IMG/VR virus record: IMGVR_UViG_3300031951_000126
Span: 2,430-66,429 of that record
DNA length: 64,000 bases
Source: a virus
Strand: one strand, 5' to 3'
How positions within the stretch are numbered: the stretch's first letter is position 1; every line of letters begins with the position of its first letter. The notes under the pieces were generated by a model that searched no databases, was not told the DNA's origin, and saw nothing but the letters and a program-made list of their open reading frames with translations. Of this stretch, positions 38,859 to 49,739 are shown one piece after another. The position numbers and the translations under genes are program-made.

Positions 38859-41800
38859 TGGCAGCACCCTGTAAGGTAACCATAAAAACATCCCCAAATG
38901 CAGCTCCCAAGGAAATGTCCTATGAGGAGTACATGGAGATGCTCTATAACGGAGGGCTGGAGCAGTTCATTAAAGATGGATTTGTAAGCGTAGACGGCCT
39001 TAAAGGAGATAGTCCATTCGAGGCTAAGACGCCACCAAAGGCTGGGCCTACCAAGAGACGTGGTTTTGTCAAGTCTGTAGAAGACAACGACGACATCCCG
39101 GACAACGTGAAGGCTGCCTTCTCCGAGGATCGTGTGAATTACGAAGTTCTTCCTAATGATTTATCGGTATCTGCTGCCAACGGAATTATAGATTCGGTTG
39201 GAATAGATGAGGCAGAGAAGATTGCCCTTACAGGAAGTAAAAATATGCCCACGGCATTTAGAGTGGCACTTGCTCAGGTATTGATTAAGCGATTCTCAGC
39301 AAGCGGTGAAACCCAACGTGCGGTTGAGCTTGTAGAGAGTATTGCTGAATTGGCAACTGACTTTGGTCAGGCCATTCAAGCATTATCGTTGTTTGCTCGC
39401 CTAACCCCAGAAGGGGCGGTGCTTGCGGTTACTCGTCAGATTAAGAAGTCTCGCGAGAAACAGCTGGCTAAATACAAGTCAAATGTCAAGAAGATTCAAA
39501 AGGAATTAAACGACATCAATAAAGATGCGGCTAAACAGGTTGCTAATATTGTAGAAAAGGATGTAGAGAAGACTACAACCACGGTTCGTATGCCTAAGCG
39601 CCCTGCTGCGTATGGGGCCAAGAACAAAATCGTAAGCAAGGAGCGTTACGAAAAGGCTAGACAAAGCCTAAAGGGAAAAATGTTTAGTGCTGTGGCTCCT
39701 CCGCCCGAACTGGTTGAGGTGGCGATGTTCCACATTGAGGCTGGAGCTAGAAACTTTGCAGACTTTGCACAGCGCATGGCTGAAGACTTTGGTGACAAAG
39801 TTTCTGAGTACTTACAGTCTAGTTATGATGCGGCTACCGATCGTTTGAACGCGGAGGCTGCACAGAAAGAGATTGACAAGAATGTAAAGAAGTTTGGGAC
39901 TATGATGTCCCAGCAGCTTCCCAAGCAACCAGACAGAAGATCTAAGATAGAGAAGTTGCAAGAAATGGCTGACGCCATCGATGCGGCTACCGGTAATGAT
40001 GCGTTCAATCAAATCCTAAATGACTACAAAGCGATTCTGGCCCAGGAGCAGCTTGACAAAGATGCTGTAAAGGCCCAGAAGAAACTTGACAAGCTGGTGG
40101 CTTACATGGCTACCGAGGCCGGAGTTAAGAAGGGCTTGAAGGAAATGAACGTGAAGATTAGTGACTTGATCAAAAAGCACTATTCCGAAGTTGAAGCTAC
40201 CAAGCAAGATCTGGTAGATAAGTTTGTTAACGAGGCTGGTTTGACTGGGGCGGAGGCTGATGCCCTTGCCGATAAGGTGCAAGCAGAATTTGAAAAGATC
40301 GTAAAGGAAAGAAAGGAAAGTGCCATAAAAAGATATATGCCACGCAAGGGCGAACCTTCCAAGAAGAAGGAAGCCTTTGAGAAGTTGGTTGAAGCATCTA
40401 ACCTTGGTGCGGTAACCGAGGCTATGGTTAATGACGCCCTTGCTGAGTCACTGGGTATCGAAGGATTGTCCGCTGATGATGCTAAGAATATACAAGACTT
40501 GGCCAACAAGGTGCAGGAAGCCGAGACAGAGCGTGAGGAGTTGAGGGCAGTTCAGGATCTTTTGACCTACCAGGAGAACATGAAGGGCTTCTCATGGTTT
40601 GACGCAACTCAGGCTGTATGGATGGCAAGCATCCTTTCTGGTTGGAAGACTCAGACTATTAACGCGATAGCAAACTTGTACAATACAGGAGCGCTATTCA
40701 TAACTGCTTCTGCTCAAAAGAACACAAGCCGCAGAATGCTTGCAAAAGGTCTGGCAGTTGGTTGGAAGAGGGGATTCTTCGAAGGATTGGATACCTTGAA
40801 AACAGGATACAGTCCTATTCGCGATAAGTCTGAAACGCCTACCATTCTTGAAAGAACTAAGTTCAAGGGCGGTAAATTCAACCCACTTAACTACGCGAAA
40901 TACGTTCGTCGTCTTATGACCGCTGTAGACGTTGTGGCCTTTGAGGGTCTTCGTCAAATGCGATCATTCCAAATGGCTTACAAGAAGGCTGCTGCTGAGA
41001 ACGAGGGGATGTCTCGAAAGGATTTGCGTGACAAGACTCTTGAGATATTGAATCGTAATGATGAGACTTTGAATAATGCAATTGCTCAGGCAGAAAAAGA
41101 ACGTAAGGATAAAGAAACTCAACTTAATCAACAGCTTGCCAATGGTGAAATAACCAAAGAAGAGTTCAAAAAACAGATGGACTTTGCTCGTACAGATGAG
41201 CGTTTCCGAATCCACGAACTTCTTGAAGAGGGTCGTCCGGAAGAAATCATGCAGGAGGCTAAAGACTATGCTGCAAGGGGAACATTCAACTACCAGCCAA
41301 CTGGACTGCTTGGAATGCTTTCCACTTACATGAACTCTGCTTCCAGAGATTTTCCACCGCTTAAATTTGTGATCCCATTCGTTAACGTAATTTCTAACGT
41401 GGCTAACGAGACGCTGAATTACACGCCAGTTGGATTTGTTAGAGGGGCTAGAGAGGGAGGTACTATTACCGGTCTCAAACCTCAAAGGGACTGGAACGCT
41501 CAGCACAGGACCGAGCTTATGATCAAAGCCACCATGGGTACAGCTTTGATGGCTACGGTTTATCTATTGACCAAATTAAATGACGATGATGACGAGCCGA
41601 TTCTGGAGATTACCACCAACGGATTTGGTGAGTACAAAAAGAATAAGGAGCTTGCAGAAACAGGTTGGCAGCAGTATTCATTGCGTATTAAGAATCCAAT
41701 AACCGGCGAGTACTCTGCTTGGATGTCGTACAAGACAACTCCATTCATGGTTGGCCTTTCTTACATCGGGGCATTGAATGATGCTGAGAAGTATAGAGGA

Positions 41801-42523
41801 GAGGACATATCCGAGAACGGATACGCTAAGGCCGGTTTTGCTACGACAGCTCTCATGAGGTCATTCCTTGACCAAACATTCTTATCAAGCGGCGAGGATT
41901 TCTTGTCGGCCATGTTTGATGAGAAGGATGAGAACTTACTTGATAACGTGGGAGAATCACTCAAGAAAACAGCTGGAGCTATTCTTCTTCCAAACATCTA
42001 CACTCAGACCGCTCAGAAGATTTCTGAAATCATGGAGATCCCACAGAAGGATATCAAGGAAACATACCTAGGTCGTATGCTACGTGATGTTCCTGTTGCA
42101 AGGGATAAGTACAACAACATGATTAATGCCTTAGGTGATGAGGTTACTTACGATACCGACTTAATGTTCAGCACCGAAAAAGGTAAGCCAGAAGATAAAC
42201 TTTGGAAACTTGTCATCGATAAGAAGCAGACCATCGGTACTGCTACAGCTCCTGAAACTTATGTAGACAAGAGTGGGAAAGAAGTTCAAGTAACTGATGA
42301 TCAAGCGTATCAATTTACGAAGATCCGTGGTGGCTATATCAAGAAGTCTTTGGAAAAGAATTACGATAAGCTCGCCAAAATGGATAATAAAGACTTTGCT
42401 GAGTATCTCAAGAATGTAAAATCAAAGGCAACCAATTTTGCAAAGGCTTCTTTTAGTGCAGACAAAGCACAGCTAGAAAAATTCATGGAAGATTATGTAA
42501 AAAAACCACTGGACGAACAATAG
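38858..42523 (+). CDS. large helical polyvalent/ejection protein (1221 aa)
   Basis: MAAPC start, GQAIQALS, SILSG.KT, VIPFVNVISN motifs typical of large polyvalent proteins. Confidence 0.7.
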   Translation: MAAPCKVTIKTSPNAAPKEMSYEEYMEMLYNGGLEQFIKDGFVSVDGLKGDSPFEAKTPPKAGPTKRRGFVKSVEDNDDIPDNVKAAFSEDRVNYEVLPNDLSVSAANGIIDSVGIDEAEKIALTGSKNMPTAFRVALAQVLIKRFSASGETQRAVELVESIAELATDFGQAIQALSLFARLTPEGAVLAVTRQIKKSREKQLAKYKSNVKKIQKELNDINKDAAKQVANIVEKDVEKTTTTVRMPKRPAAYGAKNKIVSKERYEKARQSLKGKMFSAVAPPPELVEVAMFHIEAGARNFADFAQRMAEDFGDKVSEYLQSSYDAATDRLNAEAAQKEIDKNVKKFGTMMSQQLPKQPDRRSKIEKLQEMADAIDAATGNDAFNQILNDYKAILAQEQLDKDAVKAQKKLDKLVAYMATEAGVKKGLKEMNVKISDLIKKHYSEVEATKQDLVDKFVNEAGLTGAEADALADKVQAEFEKIVKERKESAIKRYMPRKGEPSKKKEAFEKLVEASNLGAVTEAMVNDALAESLGIEGLSADDAKNIQDLANKVQEAETEREELRAVQDLLTYQENMKGFSWFDATQAVWMASILSGWKTQTINAIANLYNTGALFITASAQKNTSRRMLAKGLAVGWKRGFFEGLDTLKTGYSPIRDKSETPTILERTKFKGGKFNPLNYAKYVRRLMTAVDVVAFEGLRQMRSFQMAYKKAAAENEGMSRKDLRDKTLEILNRNDETLNNAIAQAEKERKDKETQLNQQLANGEITKEEFKKQMDFARTDERFRIHELLEEGRPEEIMQEAKDYAARGTFNYQPTGLLGMLSTYMNSASRDFPPLKFVIPFVNVISNVANETLNYTPVGFVRGAREGGTITGLKPQRDWNAQHRTELMIKATMGTALMATVYLLTKLNDDDDEPILEITTNGFGEYKKNKELAETGWQQYSLRIKNPITGEYSAWMSYKTTPFMVGLSYIGALNDAEKYRGEDISENGYAKAGFATTALMRSFLDQTFLSSGEDFLSAMFDEKDENLLDNVGESLKKTAGAILLPNIYTQTAQKISEIMEIPQKDIKETYLGRMLRDVPVARDKYNNMINALGDEVTYDTDLMFSTEKGKPEDKLWKLVIDKKQTIGTATAPETYVDKSGKEVQVTDDQAYQFTKIRGGYIKKSLEKNYDKLAKMDNKDFAEYLKNVKSKATNFAKASFSADKAQLEKFMEDYVKKPLDEQ

Positions 42524-42547
42524 TCATTAACTATATTTGTAAGCGCA

Positions 42548-42760
42548 ATGCAGCATGATATCAATCATACAGAGATGACAGGACAGGGATATGTAGATGG
42601 ATTGGCGTCGGTTTTGTTAACCAGCTTCGCCGCCGTAGTTTCATGGCAAGAGCAGGCTGAATGGGCCTTCCGTATCTTCTCTCTATTCCTCGCTTGCACT
42701 GTGTCTATGGTGGTTCTTTACGGCCACTACAAGAAGAGCAAGAAAAAGCCTCGTTCCTAG
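42548..42760 (+). CDS. small holin-like membrane protein
   Basis: Two hydrophobic segments, basic C-terminus, own TATATTTG promoter. Confidence 0.55.
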   Translation: MQHDINHTEMTGQGYVDGLASVLLTSFAAVVSWQEQAEWAFRIFSLFLACTVSMVVLYGHYKKSKKKPRS

Positions 42761-42794
42761 TAAAATTCTCCCGATTGTTTTTGTATACCTTCTG

Positions 42795-42868
42795 AAAACA
42801 CAGAGGGCGGTGATCAGCCCGCCCTCAAAGTTCTCGTCTCCCGACTGCACTAACATGCGCGAACTTGC
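42795..42868 (-). ncRNA. candidate small RNA (three-way junction + terminator)
   Basis: TATATTTG promoter (42873-42880, minus); AAGTTC/GAACTT closing stem around two short hairpins; GAGGGCGG/CCGCCCTC hairpin followed by TGTGTTTT. Confidence 0.5.
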
Positions 42869-42942
42869 GGGACAAATATACAACAAATCTTAATTAATAC
42901 AAAATAATTTGGTCTATGCAAAATCTGCACATACCTTCGCCC

Positions 42943-43013
42943 CGGTTTTGGTAATACACGTATTTAGTATTTATTGTTGGATAACCCAGGCAACGGCTTG
43001 GGTTTTCTTTTTT
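42943..43013 (+). ncRNA. candidate U-rich small RNA with terminator
   Basis: TACCTTCG promoter variant (42932-42939); terminator AACCCAGGC-AACG-GCTTGGGTT plus T-run. Confidence 0.4.
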
Positions 43014-43040
43014 AGTATATTTGCACCACAACGAAATGAT

Positions 43041-43688
43041 ATGATTGAACTAAAATTAGCGGATCCAACCCCGCACGAATTAGGAGAATATAGAGAGTTA
43101 ATTAAGGAACTGAAAAACAAGTTACCGGAAGCCTGGGTGATGGTTGATCGAGGGGCTAGTGATTACGCTATATGTACTACATCAATTTGGATAGAAGATG
43201 ATCGAAAAACTGACTGGCACTCCGCTATCTACCCCTCGGTTCCCAACCGGGGAACAGCGCAAATCAAGGCGGATATTCTCGCCCTTACCTTCGCTATGCG
43301 CGAACTTGGGTTTGATATCAAGTTTTTGGACAGCGATCCGCCGGTTCGTGAGAAGGTTTCGATAACCCGTGGGAGGCTCGATGGCTGCGTTTCCTTGCGT
43401 CAATTAGTGGAGCTGCTCGAAGATGCGAACCACGAAAAGTTGTCGGAGGTAAAGACGATGATAGAGAACAAGCGCAAGGAGGGCGGGCGTCCAAGCAAGA
43501 GGTCGGTCATTGATTTTATCTTTTCGGGCGCCAAGGAAGAAAAGCGGGCGCAGCCTGTACGAACCGGCCCAGAGTGGGCGCGTGTCAAGATGGAATGGCG
43601 CGATAAATTTGCATCTTCTAAGTATGCGAAAATGTATAAAAGTCTCGACGAGTTTTGTACCTTTGCTTCTGAAGAAGAATGTAAATAA
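43041..43688 (+). CDS. hypothetical protein
   Basis: Start reassigned to MIELKLAD after promoter 43016; TAATG-coupled to the tail fibre. Confidence 0.65.
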   Translation: MIELKLADPTPHELGEYRELIKELKNKLPEAWVMVDRGASDYAICTTSIWIEDDRKTDWHSAIYPSVPNRGTAQIKADILALTFAMRELGFDIKFLDSDPPVREKVSITRGRLDGCVSLRQLVELLEDANHEKLSEVKTMIENKRKEGGRPSKRSVIDFIFSGAKEEKRAQPVRTGPEWARVKMEWRDKFASSKYAKMYKSLDEFCTFASEEECK

Positions 43689-46600
43689 TGGCTACAAGAC
43701 AAGCAGTTAACAATACTAGGGCGATTACTCCGGTTAGCGTTCCTGAAATTACTCGAATACAAGTAGAGGGTAACGACACCGTGTCTTTCCTGTATGGTGT
43801 AACTCCACCGTATCAATGGGTGCGGGGCATGAGCCAGATCATGGATCAGAATCCTGCCTACATCTCGTATCGTTATGATACGATCACAATTTCGCAGGTA
43901 GCTGGCGAGTCTTTTACATTCACGACCTATAGCATTACAGACGTTGGAGGTAATACGTTTACCGCTCTAACTTCGTTTGATACATCTGATGTTGTAGCCA
44001 GAAAGACACAGGAAGTCTACCGACTGCTTGTAACTGCTATATTCAAAGGTTGTTGCGAGTGTGGTAACACCGAGCCAGAGTGTTCCATTCAATATACTTC
44101 GGGCAACGGAGTTGATCCCGGTACTTTGTTGATTGACGGATCAGATACTAGAATAAACTACTTCACCGCCAACAACCAAGACTTCACTGGCTTCTGGCCA
44201 ATCATACAGGACGGTTCTTGGATATTCATATTCAGTAAAACAGACCCAACGGTATACGGCGTATTTCAACTATCTAGTTACTTTGACGGAGGAACGTTTG
44301 CTCAATTTAGTATAACCCTTCTTGCAGGTACAGACACCTTCCCAGAAGGCACTGAGCTTTGTGTAGACGTAACTAGCGTTGGTGGATCTCTTGTTCAAGG
44401 ATGGCAGGACACCTTGATTGTTGATTCTGTGTTGACTCAAGACAACACGGTTGATGGAGGAAACTTTGACTTTGTATTTAATAACAATAACTCCTTTACA
44501 GTCAACTCACCAGGGGGCTCCCTTGAGATTAATTCGGGCGGATCGTCTTTGGTTTCGGGTTCTCAGTCCATAACTGTTAACGCAAGTTATATCGATATAA
44601 TCACGCCCGACTATGCGTCAGCAAGTACGGGTTGGGTGTTGGCTCTTGATGCATTGGGCCACGTAGAATACGTTGAGGCGGGTACGGGAACTATAAGTTC
44701 TATTGGACTCTTCATGCCTCCTGCCTTCACGGTAAGTACGCCAAACCCTCTCACGAGCAATGGCAGCTTCACGGTGACTGGTGCGGGAACCGATTTACAA
44801 TACATCGACGGAACAGGAAACCTTCAAACTTTTCCAACCTATACGGTAGAGAACGGTCTCCATGCCTTTGGTGGGGTTCCCGGAGAGGCTCCAGCTGATC
44901 CTTTCTTGTTCCACCTTGGGGGACTTCTTATTGAGGACACCGTTATAACCGCTACAAACGGACTAACGGAGTACGTTCTTGGAGTGGCGGGTACTGTTAA
45001 CCAAGACACTCGACAGCCTCTTGCTGTTTCTAACTTAGGTCTTGGTGGTACTGCTGTGTTTGCTGATTACGGGGCTGGATTTAGGCCAAACCCGACCGTT
45101 CAAATGCTAACGGACAATGACTTGTATCAGCCGATTCTAGAGTTGACCATGCAGGGTAACCTTCCCAACCTAGCCCCTGTCTTAGCGAATCGCATCTCGT
45201 TGTTGCGTTTGAAGTACGATGGCGCTCCGGCAAATGCTCGGACAGCTATGGATTTCTCATTTAGAAATAATGACCCAAATCCAAACCTTGATTTGTTTCC
45301 GGCGGTTCAATTGACGGCTGAGGTTACCAATTTCACGGTTAACAACGAGACAGCTAATCTTGAACTGATGATTTTCCAAGGGGGTTCACAGCAGGTGAAG
45401 CTCATCATGGAAGGTAAAGGGCAGCTTTGGTTGAACGAGTATGGTGCAGACGTTTTTTCAGACGGTAGTGATAACAGAAACAACGCCCTTACTTACGTCC
45501 TATCGGTAGATAACTTGGGCAGGGTATGGAAGAAGTTGGCTACCGGCGGAGGAACCGTTACATCCGTGGGTGCTACAGGTCTTTTGACTACGACTGCTAC
45601 CAACCCATTTACCACTTCAGGAGTCGTGACGTCTGAGATGGCAAGTGGATTCTTGGTGGGTCGTTACAGCCCTGGAACAGGCGTGTTCCAACAGATTACT
45701 ATTGGAGATGGCCTTACGTTGACAGGAGACACGTTGAGCGCGGATGGCGGAGGCGCAACTTACGATGGCGATCAGGGTGTTTATAAAGACACCGCCCTAG
45801 TCAACGACACGTTCATGCTCGGCGCCCCCATTGGGTTTGGTAGCACCATTTCATTCCAAGTCGATCGAGAGATAGACGTGGATGATAAAAAGTTTTTTAT
45901 CAACGGAGCTGAGCCTGGTTATGGCGCGGAAGGCATGGTCAATATTATAGGTAATGGATCTGGTCTTGGTGGCTCCTTGTTAAATATAGATGGTTCTACC
46001 TCAGCGGGTATACAGATTAACACTCCTAGCAACTTTGGATATGAAATCTATCAAGGATTTGGCTCATATATAGAAAACAAAAGTGATACGGAGCAAGATG
46101 TTTTATATCTATCTAGAACTACTGTTTCCTCTGCTCCTGGGTTTGACAAGAAAACCTCACTAACTTTTTATATTCCTAATCCAGCAAATGGATCAATCCC
46201 TAAAATAGCAGGTCATATTACAGCTAGGAGTGAACCAGAAGGAGCTGCTGTATTACACGCTACAAATATCGTAACAGAAGCGTATGATTTTGTTGGAAAT
46301 AGAATTGATATAACTACCTTATATGGACAAAATGGACTTGTTCAGTTTAATTTCTATGGAGACGGAACATTTTATGACGCTTCTCCAGTATGGGCTTTAG
46401 GAGTAGATGGAAGCGGTAACATAGTTGAGATTGATCCAGGCGGAGGCGGGGGAACCTACACGGTAAACAACGGTCTTTCACCACAAACACTTCCAAGTCC
46501 AGACCCCAACAACTTTCAACTGGGCGGACTGCTTATTCAAGACACAACTATAGTTGGCGCATCAAACACCTACAACATGGTGTTTGACGAGATGAAAAAC

Positions 46601-49087
46601 TTTACAGTAAACTCTAGTAACGCCAGTAAGATAATACTTAAAAACTTTGACCTAGCCGACCCTGCTAGGTTCTCTGAATTATACGCCGCTGAAGGATCAT
46701 CTTACATTCAACACGTAGAACCCGATGGCTCAGCGGCAACTGTAGTCTGTCAAGCGGCATCAGCTGACATTGGCTTTTCTGGTCCCTCAGGAATTGGTAC
46801 TGGATTAAAGGCCGAGGTAGCACAAATACTTTTATCATATTCTGACCCCATATTAGCACCGGATGCTTACACAATAGGTATTGATGTAGATGGAATAAAA
46901 ACTTTTACTCCAGCTGTTTTGGCGGGAACGGCTACTGTCGGACAAGTTTTGACATTACAAAACGCTACCACTGGAGAGGTAGAGTTTCAAAATGCAGGAC
47001 TAGGCGCAACCTACGACGGGAATGAGGGCGTGTATAAAAATACAGCGCTCGCTAATGACACGTTCCAACTTGGTTATTTGACATTGGCTGATTCAATACT
47101 CGCAGGAAACCAATTTAGTGTTGACAGATTTGTGGACACTGGAGTAAGCGTGTTTAATGTGAACGGGACTCCAAATGCGTCAAATGGAGTTATAAGGGTT
47201 GTTAATAAGTCTAGCTCAGCCTCAAATACATTTGGTGTGTATGCAAGTAATGACAGCACCGTGTCAAGAACTTCTGGCGCTATTTTTGGCCAGGGAGGTT
47301 CTGCCGGAATAGGTGTTATCGGAACTACAAATAATGTTTTGGCCACAAGTACAACCCGCGCATTTGGCGGCTCATTTGGAAGTCTTAACGCAGATACGGA
47401 TGCTACTAGACTTTTAAGGAGTCCGCTCAACGTGTTTGCTACTCGTTTAGGGGGTGGAGTTGTTGATCATGGCGCACAAATATTATACACTTTAAACAAC
47501 GATGTTGCAGCCTCTTTTGACGCGGGTGGTGTAGGGTTTTTGTCTACATCGGTAACCTCCGCTGCGGATGCTGAGACGTCTAAGTTCTTTGTTTCAACAA
47601 AAGAGTCTGGTATTGCTCTTCCTACTAACAAACTAGAAATAGATACTCTTGGTCAAGCCAGACTCAACGAGTACGGTCAAACTCCGGCCAAATTCCCAGA
47701 CGCATCTCCTGTATGGGCGCTTGGTGTTGACTCTACAGGTAAGATGGTTGAGTTTACTCCAAGTGGAGGAGGCGGTTTGAAGTCTGGAATTGCGACTCAA
47801 GTGTCTCCAGGTGTCTATGAGGCTACTATTACTGGAGTAACAGCATTAGCTGCCGGGGACACGTTCATGATTCAGTTCGATAGCGCAAACCAGGGAGCCT
47901 CTACTTTAGAGATAAACACGTTAAGCGCGTTCGATATATTCAAAAACACGGACGTCAAGATATCTAGTGGCGATATAAAGACAGACCAAGAGATCACCAT
48001 AGTATACGACGGCACGGCATTCCAAGCCATCGGACTTGTGACCAACCAACTTCTCGCATACGTTCACAATAGTGAAGCAACCGCAATTACTAAAGGTCAA
48101 GTGGTTTACGCCTTTGGTGCAAGCGGGGACAGGATGAGCGTTAAGTTGGCTATGGCTGACGCAGACGCAACTTCGGCCAAGACCATTGGAATGGTTTACG
48201 ACTCTAGCATCGCATCTGGCGGCGAGGGTTACATCATCATCCAGGGTGTCATTGAGGGAATTAACACAGCAGCCTTTGCTGCGGGAGACACGCTATACTT
48301 GAGCGGATCTACCCCAGGCGGCTACGTTTCAACTCCTACCTATGCTCCTGTACACCGTGTATATGTCGGCATAGTTGAAAAGGCCAATGCCGGTAACGGG
48401 CAGATATATGTCCGCTGTCAGAACGGATATGAGTTGGATGAAATTCATGACGTGGATCTTATAACAACCCCTCCAGTCAACAACGACGTGCTTGTGTTTG
48501 ACACAAGTACAACTCCTGACCTTTGGGTAGCCAAGAGCATTCCAACAATATTGGGAGCAACCACCGTGGGGCTTGAACTAGTAACTCTACCTAACCCTAG
48601 TGCGGTTCGTTACATACGAATTAACGCGGACAATACCGTTGACGCAATTACAGCGGCAACTTTAAAATCTGAATTGCTTGCCACTACTCCCTACGGGGTG
48701 GTTGCTTATGGAACTGCATTTGTGGCAACAGTGTTAGCAGGTACTACTACTTATGGTGTTGTTACCTCAGGGACTCTTGCATTCAATACTAATTTTAATA
48801 ACCGCGAGTTTACTATACCATTTGGAGGAACAGTCAAAAATCTATATTTACACACTTCAAATCAACAAGGTGCTGGCGGATCATTAGAAGTTAGTGTTGC
48901 AAAAAACGGAGTCAATACTGCGTTATCGATTAGTGTCCCCGCCTTGGGATTAAGTGGTGTACGCAGCAATACAACCGACACTTTTACGGCTGTAGCTGGA
49001 GATAAGTTGGTCTTTAGATTACAAAACAATCACACCAACGTAAGCGCAGTCGTAGTTTCAGTATCATTTATAATTGAACAATTATGA
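43688..49087 (+). CDS. long tail fibre / receptor-binding protein (1799 aa)
   Basis: G/T/S-rich with internal repeats, N-terminal CCEC, capsid-cement-like AITKGQVVY...GDTLYLS domain. Confidence 0.8.
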   Translation: MATRQAVNNTRAITPVSVPEITRIQVEGNDTVSFLYGVTPPYQWVRGMSQIMDQNPAYISYRYDTITISQVAGESFTFTTYSITDVGGNTFTALTSFDTSDVVARKTQEVYRLLVTAIFKGCCECGNTEPECSIQYTSGNGVDPGTLLIDGSDTRINYFTANNQDFTGFWPIIQDGSWIFIFSKTDPTVYGVFQLSSYFDGGTFAQFSITLLAGTDTFPEGTELCVDVTSVGGSLVQGWQDTLIVDSVLTQDNTVDGGNFDFVFNNNNSFTVNSPGGSLEINSGGSSLVSGSQSITVNASYIDIITPDYASASTGWVLALDALGHVEYVEAGTGTISSIGLFMPPAFTVSTPNPLTSNGSFTVTGAGTDLQYIDGTGNLQTFPTYTVENGLHAFGGVPGEAPADPFLFHLGGLLIEDTVITATNGLTEYVLGVAGTVNQDTRQPLAVSNLGLGGTAVFADYGAGFRPNPTVQMLTDNDLYQPILELTMQGNLPNLAPVLANRISLLRLKYDGAPANARTAMDFSFRNNDPNPNLDLFPAVQLTAEVTNFTVNNETANLELMIFQGGSQQVKLIMEGKGQLWLNEYGADVFSDGSDNRNNALTYVLSVDNLGRVWKKLATGGGTVTSVGATGLLTTTATNPFTTSGVVTSEMASGFLVGRYSPGTGVFQQITIGDGLTLTGDTLSADGGGATYDGDQGVYKDTALVNDTFMLGAPIGFGSTISFQVDREIDVDDKKFFINGAEPGYGAEGMVNIIGNGSGLGGSLLNIDGSTSAGIQINTPSNFGYEIYQGFGSYIENKSDTEQDVLYLSRTTVSSAPGFDKKTSLTFYIPNPANGSIPKIAGHITARSEPEGAAVLHATNIVTEAYDFVGNRIDITTLYGQNGLVQFNFYGDGTFYDASPVWALGVDGSGNIVEIDPGGGGGTYTVNNGLSPQTLPSPDPNNFQLGGLLIQDTTIVGASNTYNMVFDEMKNFTVNSSNASKIILKNFDLADPARFSELYAAEGSSYIQHVEPDGSAATVVCQAASADIGFSGPSGIGTGLKAEVAQILLSYSDPILAPDAYTIGIDVDGIKTFTPAVLAGTATVGQVLTLQNATTGEVEFQNAGLGATYDGNEGVYKNTALANDTFQLGYLTLADSILAGNQFSVDRFVDTGVSVFNVNGTPNASNGVIRVVNKSSSASNTFGVYASNDSTVSRTSGAIFGQGGSAGIGVIGTTNNVLATSTTRAFGGSFGSLNADTDATRLLRSPLNVFATRLGGGVVDHGAQILYTLNNDVAASFDAGGVGFLSTSVTSAADAETSKFFVSTKESGIALPTNKLEIDTLGQARLNEYGQTPAKFPDASPVWALGVDSTGKMVEFTPSGGGGLKSGIATQVSPGVYEATITGVTALAAGDTFMIQFDSANQGASTLEINTLSAFDIFKNTDVKISSGDIKTDQEITIVYDGTAFQAIGLVTNQLLAYVHNSEATAITKGQVVYAFGASGDRMSVKLAMADADATSAKTIGMVYDSSIASGGEGYIIIQGVIEGINTAAFAAGDTLYLSGSTPGGYVSTPTYAPVHRVYVGIVEKANAGNGQIYVRCQNGYELDEIHDVDLITTPPVNNDVLVFDTSTTPDLWVAKSIPTILGATTVGLELVTLPNPSAVRYIRINADNTVDAITAATLKSELLATTPYGVVAYGTAFVATVLAGTTTYGVVTSGTLAFNTNFNNREFTIPFGGTVKNLYLHTSNQQGAGGSLEVSVAKNGVNTALSISVPALGLSGVRSNTTDTFTAVAGDKLVFRLQNNHTNVSAVVVSVSFIIEQL

Positions 49088-49344
49088 GAAATATACAACC
49101 TTTGGACATTTGGAGTAATGGCGATGTAAAGACAGCTGTTACCTTGAGCCTTTACATTAGTTATGACGACCTATCAACCCAAGCGGCCTTGATATACAAG
49201 CTACTGGATGTAGATGGTTCGTCTATTTATGAAGGGCAAATATTTTTTAAAGACCAGACCTACATTGATTGGGGAAGCAGCGGCGACTCTAATTCAGAGG
49301 CTTACACGCTTGCGGCAGCTCAATTAAACCTAACGCTTATATGA
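49084..49344 (+). CDS. tail-fibre-associated small protein
   Basis: IQP..IW.NG...YIDWG...AY..AA.QLNL, family commonly found after fibres. Confidence 0.6.
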   Translation: MRNIQPLDIWSNGDVKTAVTLSLYISYDDLSTQAALIYKLLDVDGSSIYEGQIFFKDQTYIDWGSSGDSNSEAYTLAAAQLNLTLI

Positions 49345-49739
49345 AAAAGATTCTTCGCAAACTTCAACTCTTCGACGGGATATGGACTATCCCCCTAGCG
49401 TTCTTTTTATTCCTACTCGCGGGGTCCTACAGCGCGGAATATTTCGGCGACGGACTCATCTCCACGGAGTACATACAGCAGGTTCTTCTTGCCGTACTTA
49501 TCATGATTATTGGTAACTTTGTGGTGTTCCTAGGATCGTTCATGAACTTCCGTGGAATACAGAACTACTTCTACTCCAAGGAGGCGAAGAAAGAGGTTGA
49601 ATATTCCGCATCACCATGGGAAAGAATAAAATTATATCTACTTGTTTACTTTGGGCTTTTCTTGCTCTTCCTATTCACATTGTGGCTGATAATGACGGCT
49701 ACTGCGTCCGCGCCACTGCCGCATCTTTTGTCGGAGTAA
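49341..49739 (+). CDS. holin-like protein, 3 TM
   Basis: Three hydrophobic helices; overlaps the endolysin. Confidence 0.6.
   Translation: MKKILRKLQLFDGIWTIPLAFFLFLLAGSYSAEYFGDGLISTEYIQQVLLAVLIMIIGNFVVFLGSFMNFRGIQNYFYSKEAKKEVEYSASPWERIKLYLLVYFGLFLLFLFTLWLIMTATASAPLPHLLSE

Noticed and set aside
42909-43040. N-terminal extension of ORF 42909-43688
   Set aside because: It crosses a terminator and a promoter; ATG 43041 is the more likely start.
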